DNA of 58,018 nt, the filler included, from Stramenopiles sp. TOSAG23-6 (taxonomy: Eukaryota): the NCBI GenBank assembly GCA_900128565.1. It is 4 parts of 4 records of this genome, joined end to end, with 100 filler letters (N's around TTAATTAATTAA, not from the genome) between each part and the next. Parts side by side here need not be neighbours in the genome. Positions count along the whole stretch, not along the records: positions 14,609 to 29,055 come from LT636139.1; positions 29,156 to 43,545 come from LT636140.1; 2 more parts are not named here. One strand, 5' to 3'. Within the stretch, counting starts at the first letter, position 1. Every line of letters starts with the position of its first letter. Of this stretch, positions 21,089 through 31,913 are shown one piece after another. The notes beneath the pieces are model-generated. The model worked only from the letters and a program-made list of their open reading frames with translations, ran no database searches and had not been told where the DNA came from. A program made the position numbers and the translations under genes.

Positions 21089-21871
21089 ATGCCACGTTTT
21101 GAAGATAGTAGCAGTTCCAATCATAAGGGGCCAAGAGCAGATTTTTTGTTCGTCCTTTCAAATCTTACTTTTTTCGTGGCAGCTTCTTTGGACTTGGGGA
21201 TCCAAATAGTGGAATATTTCAAGAGAATCGAACGGCACACACATATGTATCTTGACGGTATTGTGCTCGGATTTTACTTTCTTTGTGCATTATTTGGCGT
21301 TTCTGCTTCAACCTTGGCTTTAACGCGACAAAACTCCCGACGAACAAAGAAAAACCAGGAGTTGATTGAAAATTGTGGTCTAGCAGACCCCGTATATTTA
21401 ACATTTATAGGGTTTATTTTATTTCTAGTTGCTATAATGTGGGAAATATTTTTTCGATTTGTATATATTCGTGGTGACATGACCTATCGTTCATTTTTTT
21501 ACAACGTCGGTGCCGACACAATGCTTTTATTAAGTAGCGTTTGTTTTTTATTTTCGGGAAGATTTTATGCCGAGGAACATAATTTAGATATTTCAATCAT
21601 TAAAAGTAGAAATTGTTGTAATGAAAAAAGTGAAGAGACACATATGGTATGGACAGCCATGGGGGATTGGTGTTTCTTCTGGGGCATTGTAGGTGTACTC
21701 TTTTATAATACGATTCAGTGGTCGTTGCCGAATGATTTTCCTGGTTACCCGCGAACTACCGAAACTTTTCTTTGGTTACTATGTGCAATTTTTTACATTA
21801 TCCCATGGCTTATGGAAAGAAATTCTAAATTGATGAAGGATTTTAGTGCAAGAAATGTTCGGATTGTATAA
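21089..21871 (+). CDS. Multi-pass membrane protein of unknown function
   Basis: 260-aa ORF with about 6 hydrophobic segments. Confidence 0.75.
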   Translation: MPRFEDSSSSNHKGPRADFLFVLSNLTFFVAASLDLGIQIVEYFKRIERHTHMYLDGIVLGFYFLCALFGVSASTLALTRQNSRRTKKNQELIENCGLADPVYLTFIGFILFLVAIMWEIFFRFVYIRGDMTYRSFFYNVGADTMLLLSSVCFLFSGRFYAEEHNLDISIIKSRNCCNEKSEETHMVWTAMGDWCFFWGIVGVLFYNTIQWSLPNDFPGYPRTTETFLWLLCAIFYIIPWLMERNSKLMKDFSARNVRIV

Positions 21872-22056
21872 ACAGTTTATTGGTATTGATGGCATAGAAT
21901 ATAGTTGACTTTGGTGACAACATGGAAGATCTTGGATAACTTATAAAGTATAAATGTAATGAATGTAAAACAAGAATTTATTTTTTTGATCTATAGTATT
22001 TTTTACACAAAGTTATCGATTCAATTCATCAATTTAATAATAGACGCGAAGATATT

Positions 22057-23870
22057 TTATACCATACCCTTGTACGTTTGGATTCCCTGAGTTTTCTCAT
22101 ACATTTTTATGTCACTTTGCTCAGTTGTGCGAGGCCTGGCATATTCATCATCTGCTATTTCTTCATATATACGCTGAACACTACTATTATGGTTAGTATA
22201 ATCCAAAGTATCATTCACATTAGACATCATATTTACCTGCCGATCTTGACCACCCGCAATTCTCTGATGATAGCCCCATAGCCTAGCTTGTTGTTCATGA
22301 TACCTTTGATATTGCCTAGCCTGTTGTTGCATCTGTGGTGGGGATAATCTTTGCCATCCCGTGATCGAGTTACTACCACTATAAAATGGTGCATTCGTTT
22401 GATTTTCGTATAAACGATAAGCTGCATCCTGCTCAGCACCAAGTGAAAATAGCAACACGAATGCTGTAACGAGTAATGCAAATTCGAAAACAATACAGAT
22501 AGGAAAAACTACTAAAAAATAAACATTCCCATTAAAAGAATGAGGTTTCTCCGGTTCATGAATATTTTGTAATATTGCTAGAACAACAGTTTGTGTGGCA
22601 ATAACCATACATGTATTATGAAAAATATTTCAAATGTTTTTTGTTAGGTACAAAACTTTGTATGAAAAATAAATTTTAAATTCATGATGAAAACATACAT
22701 GTACTAATAATGCATACAAGCATTAACTCGCGATAGCTTTTCCTTGCCCCATAGAATCCACTTACCGCAGATGCCATATCAAACAAACCTGTCCCGATCA
22801 GAACATATATTGTGAAATTTTTTTTTTAATAAAACATTCGTTAGGTACAAAATTGCGTATGAAAAAAAACCTAATTTGAAATTCATCATGAAAACACACC
22901 CATCCGTAATTACACATCATTCCTTCTTCGGAATGTGGATTGGTGCGCCCACAATCATCAAGACCAATCCAAACACCATAGCAGGTTTGTACTACTCCAC
23001 CTATGGCTACTATTACTGCTATCGCTTGAACAGCAAGCACGAGACGCGCCTGATGGTCATCTCGCAGAGCTCTCCAATTAAATGTACAGTGACAAACTTT
23101 AAAACAACAACAGCAGTGCTCTACACAACTGTGAAAAATACGAAAAATACCTCCTGATGCTGGGTTAGGACAAGGTAAATCAACCTCATCCCCGGTACTT
23201 CTTTGAATTTCTTGTAATAATCGTTCAAATGTCAAATCAATTTGTTCGTCTAATTTCGCTGAGCACTCCACGAAAGGACACCCCCAAAGACAAGCTAACT
23301 GCCTTCCTTCTTCCTTTGAAACCACTCATGTATTGTAAAAAAAATTAAATTCGAAATTTGTTAGGCACAAAATTTCGTACGAAAAAACAATAAATTTGAA
23401 ATTCATAATGAAAACGTTCGTTCATTGGTGAGATCACACTTCGTTCCTACTAAAACACGTGGCACAGACTTTGCATCCTCTCTGCCTAAGAGAACTAGTA
23501 ATCTATCGTTGATAAACTTTGCTATTTCGAATGAATACCGCGAAGCAACGGAGTAAACAATAAGATATCCGTGTACATCGATGCAATTACGAGGATGAAA
23601 CATACTTAACTGGTCCTGCCCTGGAGTATCACGAATATGAAGATGAATTTTAGCTCTTCGATACCTGAACATTTTTTCAAAAGTATTTCCAATTGTTGGG
23701 CTATAAACATCCACAAACTGGTTATCAACGTACCGAATGATTAAGGCAGACTTTCCCACACCTGGATAACCCAATACAACTACAGCACGATCCACTACTG
23801 AGTTACGCCGACCGTGCCTACATCTACCGCTCATGGGTGGCGAAGGAGAAAAGGCTACTGAAGCATCCAT
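22057..23870 (-). CDS. Rheb-like Ras GTPase fused to a C-terminal 4-TM (tetraspanin-like) domain; exons 23870-23420, 23327-22900, 22804-22699, 22610-22057
   Basis: GYPGVGKS, YSPTIGNTF, DTPGQD, GTKCDL and ECSAK motifs. Three intron-family copies join four exons in frame. Confidence 0.85.
22611..22698 (-). mobile_element. Introner-family intron, 88 nt, GT...AT
   Basis: ACAT|GTATGTTTTCATCATGAATTT...GTACCTAAC...AATACAT|GTATG. Confidence 0.85.
22805..22899 (-). mobile_element. Introner-family intron, 95 nt, GT...AT
   Basis: TGG|GTGTGTTTTCATGATGAATTT...GTACCTAAC...CACAATATAT|GTTCTG. Confidence 0.8.
23328..23419 (-). mobile_element. Introner-family intron, 92 nt, apparent GA...AT
   Basis: GAAC|GAACGTTTTCATTATGAATTT...TTTCGTACGAAATTTTGTGCCTAAC...ACAATACAT|GAGTG restores DLTNERVVSKEEG. 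Confidence 0.8.
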
Positions 23871-24161
23871 TTACATGTATATTGTCAAGGGAACCTTACT
23901 AGAAAAAGAAATCTATTGAAAAGAAACTATTATGTAAGCAATAAACCTCCTTTTATCGATTCGAAGTTGGAACAATGGCTTGGTTCGAACGTCGATCGAT
24001 GATGGCTTCAATGACATTCGACTAGTGCCCTCTTGCGGGTGTCATAATAAATATAGGCTAGGGTTAGGGGTTTTAGTTTCAAAATCAAACTTAAAAAGAG
24101 ATGAAAAGATGATATGATGATGAAATAGAATAATTTAAATAGTCTTCTAAAACCTATCACA

Positions 24162-25842
24162 ATGGCTGTGCCACCTGCAGAAGTTGCTGATGATACTGGT
24201 GGTTATTTTTCTGATGTTTTTACACTTTGGACCTTGATGTTGACGGATAAGTTTGTGCAATCTGTGGTTAATATTTGTATCATTCTAATTGGTACAGTTG
24301 CTTTGTGTTTTTCTTTGGTGAAACTAAGTGCTATTTTAATTCCATTAGCGTTTGCTTTGTTGTTAACTGAAATGGCAAAGCCTTTGGTAGAATTTATCTC
24401 TTTTTGTTTATGCTATTCTCTATTTGGTTTTTTTGAACACAACAAATGTGACAATGATGAAACAATTACTAGTTTACTACATAAACCCCACGAAACAACC
24501 TCACTTGTCGACGGTCAAGATTTAGAATATAAGCACGAAGCGACGCTTGTTTCAACAAAGGAAAAAAAGAACAAAATATGTCGTTCAATTTGTTCGTGTA
24601 ACTACAGAATTAAGCACTACATAGCTGTATTTGGATCACTCTGTATTATTTGGGGAGCAATTCTGGGCATGATAATTATGTTAGTCAATGCACTAGTCAA
24701 CTTTCAAACTGATCATTATGACGGATATAAAAGTGAGTTTTATGAACAATTAGGCTCTATTGGTCTTTGGCTTCAGTCGGTGTTTGACGTCAATCAGACT
24801 TTTGTAGATGATTTAATTAAACGAATTGAGAGTAAAATACCAATTACTCACTACTTTAAATTTGTCATTCTTGAGATTACTGATATGTATGTTTTATTCT
24901 GTTTTATTTTTTTTTCAAATTCGAAGTTTTTTTTCGTACGAAATTTGGTACCTAACGATTTTTTTTTCAAATATTTTTCCAAAATACATGCTACTCAAAC
25001 TATTCGGAGTCTTTTTGTTTATGGTTTATTTTCTATGTGATAGTAGTTATATTGAACAAACTAGGAAGACACAAAATATTCGGTACTCACTCAATCGTCG
25101 TGCTTCATATATATCCGGAGGAGAAGATTGGAGTTTTTGTGGTCAAATGTATGTTTTATTTTTTTTTTCAATTTCGAATTTATGTTTCGTACGAAATTTT
25201 GTACCTAACATTTTTTTTTGTGAAATATTTTTCCAAAATACATTCAGTTGGGCATTCATCGATACATCCATTTGAAAACCTTAATATCTTTATTTGTTGC
25301 TGTGGCAGTGTTTATTGTTTTATTCTGCCTACATTGCAATTTAGTAGTTGCAATTGGTGTGGTCACTTTCTTCTGTAATTTTATACCCAATGTAGGCCCA
25401 GCCCTTGCAACAATTCTACCTGCACCTGTAATCCTATTTGATCCAATTATGCCTGGGTTTAACAAATTCTTATGTTTTTTACTACCACTTACTATTCATA
25501 CAATAGTAGGGAATTTTATTGAGCCTCGTTTGTTTAGTTCGTCGATGGATATCCATCCTGTCGTGGTATTGTTGGGATTGGCATTTTGGTATACACTGTG
25601 TACGTTTTAGACATTCATTTCATTTTTTTTATTTTTATAGTAAATTCTGTACCTAACAAAAACATCAAATTTTTGAAATATTTTTTCAAAATACATGGGG
25701 AGTACCTGGTGCTATTCTTTCCATCCCTTTGCTGTCTTGTGTCACTGTGATTCTCAATAATATGAACCACCCTATTGCAGTTGCTTTAAGTACAATAATG
25801 AAATCACTGTGGTTAAATGTAAATGTATTTAAGCAAGAATAA
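24162..25842 (+). CDS. AI-2E (PerM/TqsA) family transporter; exons 24162-24886, 24990-25148, 25244-25599, 25697-25842
   Basis: RYIHLKTLIS, NFIPNVGP, GNFIEPRL, HPVVVLLGLAFW, and spliced WGVPGAILSIPL. Confidence 0.9.
24887..24989 (+). mobile_element. Introner-family intron, 103 nt, GT...AT
   Basis: GATAT|GTATGTTTT...TTTCGTACGAAATTTGGTACCTAAC...CCAAAATACAT|GCTA. Confidence 0.9.
25149..25243 (+). mobile_element. Introner-family intron, 95 nt, GT...AT
   Basis: CAAAT|GTATGTTTT...TTTCGTACGAAATTTTGTACCTAAC...CCAAAATACAT|TCAG. Using the nearby AG gives a stop. Confidence 0.9.
25600..25696 (+). mobile_element. Introner-family intron, 97 nt, GT...AT
   Basis: CTGT|GTACGTTTT...GTACCTAAC...TCAAAATACAT|GGGGA restores YTLWGVPG. 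Confidence 0.85.
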
Positions 25843-25912
25843 TTTCAAAACCATACATCAATTTTCCTATAAAAATATAATACAAAAATGTTTTATTTTT
25901 TTTAACTACAAC

Positions 25913-28900
25913 TCAGAATTCAACAGCTGAATCTGAGCTACTCAAATCAAGGGTACTTGAATCTAAATCTAATGGACCCTCATCGACTGTATTCGCTAGA
26001 GGAATATCATTATCATTTCGAACAAATTGTGCAACAGGCACATCATCATGTACATTCACAACTTCTAAGTTTCCACCATCATTTTGTGCAATGGGCACTT
26101 CTTCGTCATGTAAATCAACTACTTCTAAATTCTCACCCTTACTGTCATCTTGTTCATCATTTTCTTCAATTTTATCGCGTATTTTCTCGTCGCGCATTTT
26201 CTCTTCATTTTTTGTAAGATTTAACCAAGTACGATCGTTATGTGCTTGATCATCAACTTTACTCTCACTATATTTAACCTTCTTTTTTGATGATTTCTTC
26301 ACTTCCGTTTTACTCTCCATATACTTCATCTTCTTTTTCTCCATTTTCATTGGTAAAGGATGAATTTTCTCCTCGACAAACTTTAAGCTGACACTTTCTT
26401 CACTAGTTGAATTGATGCTATCAAAACTTTGATCATCCGTCTCAAGATTTGATGGACCACATCCAACAGAATGTCCATTCGTGGAGTCAGTAGGAGTAAT
26501 GGCTGCTAGACATGATGACGCAGAATGAGATCTAGCCTTCTTATTAGATCTTCCGATAGTAAATTTCTTGAAATTCCACGCGGTTCTTTTCTTCTCCGAT
26601 AAACCACGTTCTACATCCATGGCCCCAGTACCAAGTAAACTTGTTTCTTTGTCGACAGTTCCATCTTCAAGATTAATCATTGTCTGGCAACCTGAATCCA
26701 CTGAATCAAATTGAATAGAAACCTCGCGAGACTGTTTTCTCCGACGTCGTATTCTCATGACATATGCAGCTATTCCAAAAATAGTAGCAAAAATTGTTGT
26801 ACAAATCAAAGCAATTACAACACCTTTGTTTTCTTTGCGACCACGATCCAAAAGTACAGCAGATTTTGTAAAAGATTTGTCAATTTTCCGTGTAATTGTT
26901 CCTGTGTATAACTTCCCTTTAAAGTCCTTTATCACTGAGTTGACACTATCCACATTTAATCTTCGACTGCCAACAAGATAAACTTTCGCTAAAATTGCAT
27001 CTGCATCAATACCGTATTTTGAGTCACCTCCACCATCGGGTATTTCACCGTCACCACCGTATCCATAAGGTTGCACAGATGCAATTATAACAGTCCCTAC
27101 TATACTAGAATCATCATCATCACTACTATCTGATGGCATTCGTCTCCTATTTTGCGTTTCATGGTCATGTGTATTGTTTTCACCATAATATTGTGCAGTA
27201 TCGTGCAGTTCATTTTTATTCAAATTATGAAAACCATCACTACTGTACCCAAGTTTACGTGCAAGTGAGCTATCCAAGAGAGCAAGTTTTCGCTCTTCTT
27301 CTATGGTATGAACATGCATTGCATTGACATATTCGTTTTGTTTACTTTTTGTTGGATTCATTACTAACTTCCGATTTTTGCGACCTTTTCGTTTTCTACT
27401 TGTTAAGTGAGCAAATCCTTCGGTGATTTCATTCTCAAAAGCTTTTATCCAAGAACTTGGATCTTCCCAATATTCTGAGAACTTTTGATGAACTTTAAAT
27501 GTGACAAGAATAATTGTAGCTTCCCGACCTTCACAAAGACCAACATTACATGATCGTCCTTGAAGTGATGGTCCCAAACCTAAAGCTATGCAACTCAATC
27601 CTTCACCCTTAGGCGATGGATTAGTGCATGATCTGTGTCGTATTTGCAAGCCGATAAAAGACCCCTCATAACCCTCGCACTTAGTCGAACACTCAGACCA
27701 TTCAGAATACGCGGAATATCCACCATCTATCGCATCTGTACCTAATTTCTTATCCATGTTTTCATCATTATAGACAATTGTACCACGATTCAGCATTGCG
27801 GGTCCGCGCCCATTCTCTATAGCAGGTGTAGAAACGTACAACTCTGTGCCTGTTGTCCAATCACATAGAGGATCATTTTTACAATCAGCAAAAGGATGTT
27901 CACTGCATGTTTCCGCAATATCCAATCGAACTCTACAATGACCAGGATATGTATTGTGGGTTTCTTTTATCCAACGGCACGCAGTTGTTTTGTTATCGGA
28001 AAATTTCTTAGAATTGCACAATGGAGATGATGTAATCGAGTCACAGGCTACTGCAGCCCAGCAACCACCAATAAGACGTTCACTCCATGTATTCCCAGCT
28101 GAAGGAGTAAGATTGAACGCAGGAATATCTGTTCTCAGTTGAAAACCTGAAGGGTGAGCAAGAGTTCGAATATTTCCACCAAAACTACTTGGATAAGCTC
28201 GAGGAAGTTCATTACATGAACCCTTATTAGTCATCTCAATACTTGTTATTGTACCATTTCCATCAACCAAGTATTTCCCTATAGGTTTGCTAGAACATTT
28301 CCCGCCACGAAAGACAATGTCACCTGATACATAATCTTTCCCCCCCGAGATAATTACGACCTTAACCTGAAAGGGGGCACCACCTTCTGATATAACACTA
28401 AACATAGCTTGCTTACCATCAATAAAAAAGACAGCTTTTGCACCAGCTTTAGACGCCCTATCGACATAATTCCATAAATGAAAGCATCTACACACTACCT
28501 TGGATGCCCGTAATATTATTGAATATTTGTTCGTCGCTAAGCAATGAACATTTCTGGCATTGAATCTGATCATTAGAGACACAAAATGAGTGTAGATGAT
28601 GAACAAGTTTCACATTAAGTTTAGATAAAGCTGGATACTTGATAGGATTAAACTCTGCTTGCCCAACTTCATAATAGTCCGCAATACTTGATGGTGCAAC
28701 TAACCTCACTTCAGTAGATGACATTTGCGATGATGATGGACAACTTCCTTCAGTTGAAAGTGCTTTTCCAGCTACAATCTTTGGGAGATAAAATTGGGTT
28801 GTTCCAGAACCATCAATAGCTTTTTCTAATATTTCACCCTGATGTGTACGTACAACAAACGTAGGAATCAATCTTTTTGCTTGAGCATGTATTGGATCAC

Positions 28901-29055
28901 TACCTAATGTGAAGACTGTTTCACCTTCAATAACAATCACAACACCTTTACCATCACATGCTTTGCATGCACGAGTTATTGTGTCCCATTCACCCAAACA
29001 ACTAACTTCTTTGGAAAATACCAAAGCAATTTTATCTCTCAAAGCAGAACAGTTT
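25913..29055 (-). CDS. Type I membrane protein with PA-like domains and a thrombospondin type-1 repeat (5' partial; frame break near 28490-28600)
   Basis: DRASKAGAKAVFFI (PA-like), DGGYSAYSEWSECSTKC...RHRSCTNPSP (TSP1), TM VVIALICTTIFATIFGIAAYVM. Confidence 0.75.
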
Positions 29056-29155
29056 NNNNNNNNNNNNNNNNNNNNNNNNNNNNNNNNNNNNNNNNNNNNT
29101 TAATTAATTAANNNNNNNNNNNNNNNNNNNNNNNNNNNNNNNNNNNNNNNNNNNN
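29056..29155. other. Artificial contig linker
   Basis: N-TTAATTAATTAA-N. Confidence 0.98.
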
Positions 29156-29610
29156 TACCCAACATTGCCTTTTTATGTGCTTCTTTATTTGTATTAGATA
29201 GTTCATCGCATGGTAATTGATTTAATACACCGAGTAAAGCTTGTTTGTGTTGAATAAAGTTGGCTTTCGACATTTCTAAGCATGGAAGTGTGCTCAATAT
29301 ACCCAGCATTGCCTTTTTATGTGCTTCTTTATTTGTATTAGATAGTTCATTACATGGTAATTGATTCAATACACCGCGTAAAGCTTGTTTGTGTTGAATA
29401 GAGTTAGCTTTCGACATTTCTAAGCATGGAAGTGTGCTCAATATACCCAACATTGCCTTTTTATGTGCTTCTTTATTTGTATTAGATAGTTCATCGCAAG
29501 GTAGTTGATTCAATACGCCGAGTAAAGCTTGTTTGTGATGGACAAAATTAGCTTTCGATAACTCTGAACATGGCAACTGGCTTAATACATCTTGCATACG
29601 TCGTTTATGT
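29156..29610 (-). repeat. Coding tandem repeat, 72-bp units with 144-bp higher-order period
   Basis: CATTGCCTTTTTATGTGCTTC recurs every 144 bp. Confidence 0.9.
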
Positions 29611-30317
29611 ACTTGCTTGTATTTTCTACGGTCAATATATTTTTTAGATGGTTTCAATTTTGCTAGATGATTGAAGAATTTAGTTTTAGCTCTATTACCA
29701 ATAGTTTGCAAAGAATGGTGTAATAACTCTAAAGATTTTGCATGTCTCATATACTTCTGTAATTGCACATCTAAATCATCTATTTGATTTGTCCAGTTAT
29801 CAATGTAGTGTTGCAGCTGTTTGTCTTTTATACTCAATTCAGTCGTTGATTCATCGTTTTGTTTTCCAAATTTTAAAATTTGTTTGTGATGTTGTTCAAC
29901 TAGTGAATTTTGTTCTTTGTATGCGTTTTCAAGTTTGGGGATTTTTAGTAATACATTTCTCAAAGATTCTATCAATCTTTCTTGCAAAATGTGTAGTATA
30001 CTTTGCTCAGTGGTTTTGACCTGTTTACTTTTATCAATTCCCGAATTTCCAGTTATTCGTCTTTGTTTTTGTTGGAGTTGCTCAATTCTATCACTTACTT
30101 TTTGTCGATCTTTCTCAAATAGTTTACGTTGTGTACGTGCAATTTCAAGAGAACCACACGTTCGAAAGAGATTTCGCTTCGCATTAGCATAAAATGAGCG
30201 TTTTCCAAATTTATCGTATATTTTCACTGATCTTCCTAAAGATAATTGGGCTTCTTTCATCTCTGCTTTATTTCGCTTCCAGCTTCTTTTCGATCGGGAT
30301 CGAGATAGAAAACTCAT
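29156..30317 (-). CDS. Coiled-coil protein with C-terminal 24-aa tandem repeats (3' partial)
   Basis: Long ORF with alternating HKQALLGVLNQLPCDELSNTNKEA / HKKAMLGILSTLPCLEMSKANxIQ units. Confidence 0.75.
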
Positions 30318-30668
30318 CAAATTATTTTAGCATTGTAAAACAAAAATGTATAAGGAGTGTGATTATATCTATGAGAATATTCAGATAATCTTTGCCAAGA
30401 AATACAAATTAGTATTATACTTGGTTTTCGATCAGGTGAATAGTTAACTGTGGTGTCAAGTCATCTTCAACTGCTGATGTTGACTCAACGGTCGAAAAAT
30501 GATTCCGCTTCTTTTGAATCTTTTCGCCAGAATAAATAGGACTTGTGTGTTCCTTCGTGTGCCGGACAACGATTACTCTGCAAGTATAAACGATCAAAAG
30601 GTGGTTTTATATTTTATATTGCCCACCAGTGGGATACATTCAATAATATTCACGACCATCTCTTCTGC

Positions 30669-30845
30669 ATGTTTAAATTTCTCCGTACTCGGACTGGCAA
30701 CGTAGTTGGAGCCTTTGGAATTCTAGGTGTTATTAATGCGCTTGTATATTTGAAGTCGTATTCCCGGTCAAAACAGATTGAAAAAGAGTACACAGCAGAG
30801 TCCAATATTATTTATCTTTCTGATAGGACCGATAAAACTGTATGA
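30669..30845 (+). CDS. Small single-TM protein (possibly mitochondrial)
   Basis: MFKFLRTRTGNVVGAFGILGVINALVYLKSY. Confidence 0.5.
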   Translation: MFKFLRTRTGNVVGAFGILGVINALVYLKSYSRSKQIEKEYTAESNIIYLSDRTDKTV

Positions 30846-30872
30846 ATAGTACAACAAGTAAATTGTGATCAT

Positions 30873-31637
30873 ATGAAGAAGCGTCGTGTACCAAGGAGAG
30901 CTAAGAAGCATCAGCCGAAAAAGAAGCGTAAAAAAGAAGCCACAGTATCCGAAGCGCAACGCACGGATGATGTTTGTTGTTCTATATGTCTTGATAAACT
31001 TAAAATGACTTCAGGTGTTGCAACATTGGATTCTTGTAGACATCGCTTTCACTACCACTGTATATTAAAGTGGGCACTTCAGAATAATAGTTGTCCAAGT
31101 TGCAAGAAAATTTTCAGAACAGCACGTCACTGGCAAACAACATCTTCGTCCCAATTAATACCTTCCAAGATAGTTTTACCAAATAGTTTGCTAAGGTCTG
31201 TGCCTGATACTGATACTAATCAACTTAGGAATAATAGTTCAATTAGGATTGAGTCAAAAATATCTCAATCAAGAAGGCAATCAGTTCGTCTCCAGAATAG
31301 AGAAAATAATAACCGTCTAGATGTTCAACAATATGCTTCAGATCGTTTATCACGTGTAATTGCACGTGCAGAGTTAGAATATGAAAAAGCAAAGGTACAA
31401 TCAGTGTCTATTGAAACGCGACGACTCAAACGAAAAATAAAAAATATTGATAAATTGAATGAGGAAATAACAAATAGTAGTAAAAATATTAAAGAACCTA
31501 GTATACAACCAGTATCAATACCTAGAATACATGTTTCATCATTTGCCTCTTTTACAGTGGATACCTCTGAAATTGATGAATTGAGACAAAAGAATTTAGA
31601 ATTGCAAAGACAGATTGATGCAATGGAGAAAAAATAA
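30873..31637 (+). CDS. RING-H2 finger protein
   Basis: CSICLD...CRHRFHYHCILKW...SCPSCK. Confidence 0.9.
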   Translation: MKKRRVPRRAKKHQPKKKRKKEATVSEAQRTDDVCCSICLDKLKMTSGVATLDSCRHRFHYHCILKWALQNNSCPSCKKIFRTARHWQTTSSSQLIPSKIVLPNSLLRSVPDTDTNQLRNNSSIRIESKISQSRRQSVRLQNRENNNRLDVQQYASDRLSRVIARAELEYEKAKVQSVSIETRRLKRKIKNIDKLNEEITNSSKNIKEPSIQPVSIPRIHVSSFASFTVDTSEIDELRQKNLELQRQIDAMEKK

Positions 31638-31913
31638 AGTTAAATTTCGAACCCTAACCCTAATAAAAATTTTCTAAACTTTTTTGATGTTTGACTCGCG
31701 ATGTTCTGAAATTTATAATTTTCACATGCGACGACTACCTGATAAAGCCATACTCCTAATATCAAACTTGCGTATGAAAAACTGGGTACCTATTAAGTAT
31801 ATCACCGTATGATAGATATCGATATTGTGTCTTTGAGTCCCAGCCTTCTTTCTCCTTTACTATTATATTTTTTTAGTAGGATAGCCTAAGAATATATTCT
31901 CTGTGTAAAGTCC

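Noticed and set aside
24885-24987. Reading the introns as U12-type AT-AC introns
   Set aside because: Possible only where AT is duplicated. There is no RTATCCTT donor, the copies at 22899, 25600 and 57424 lack upstream AT, and in the Rheb-like and phosphatase genes an AC end leaves an in-frame TGA.
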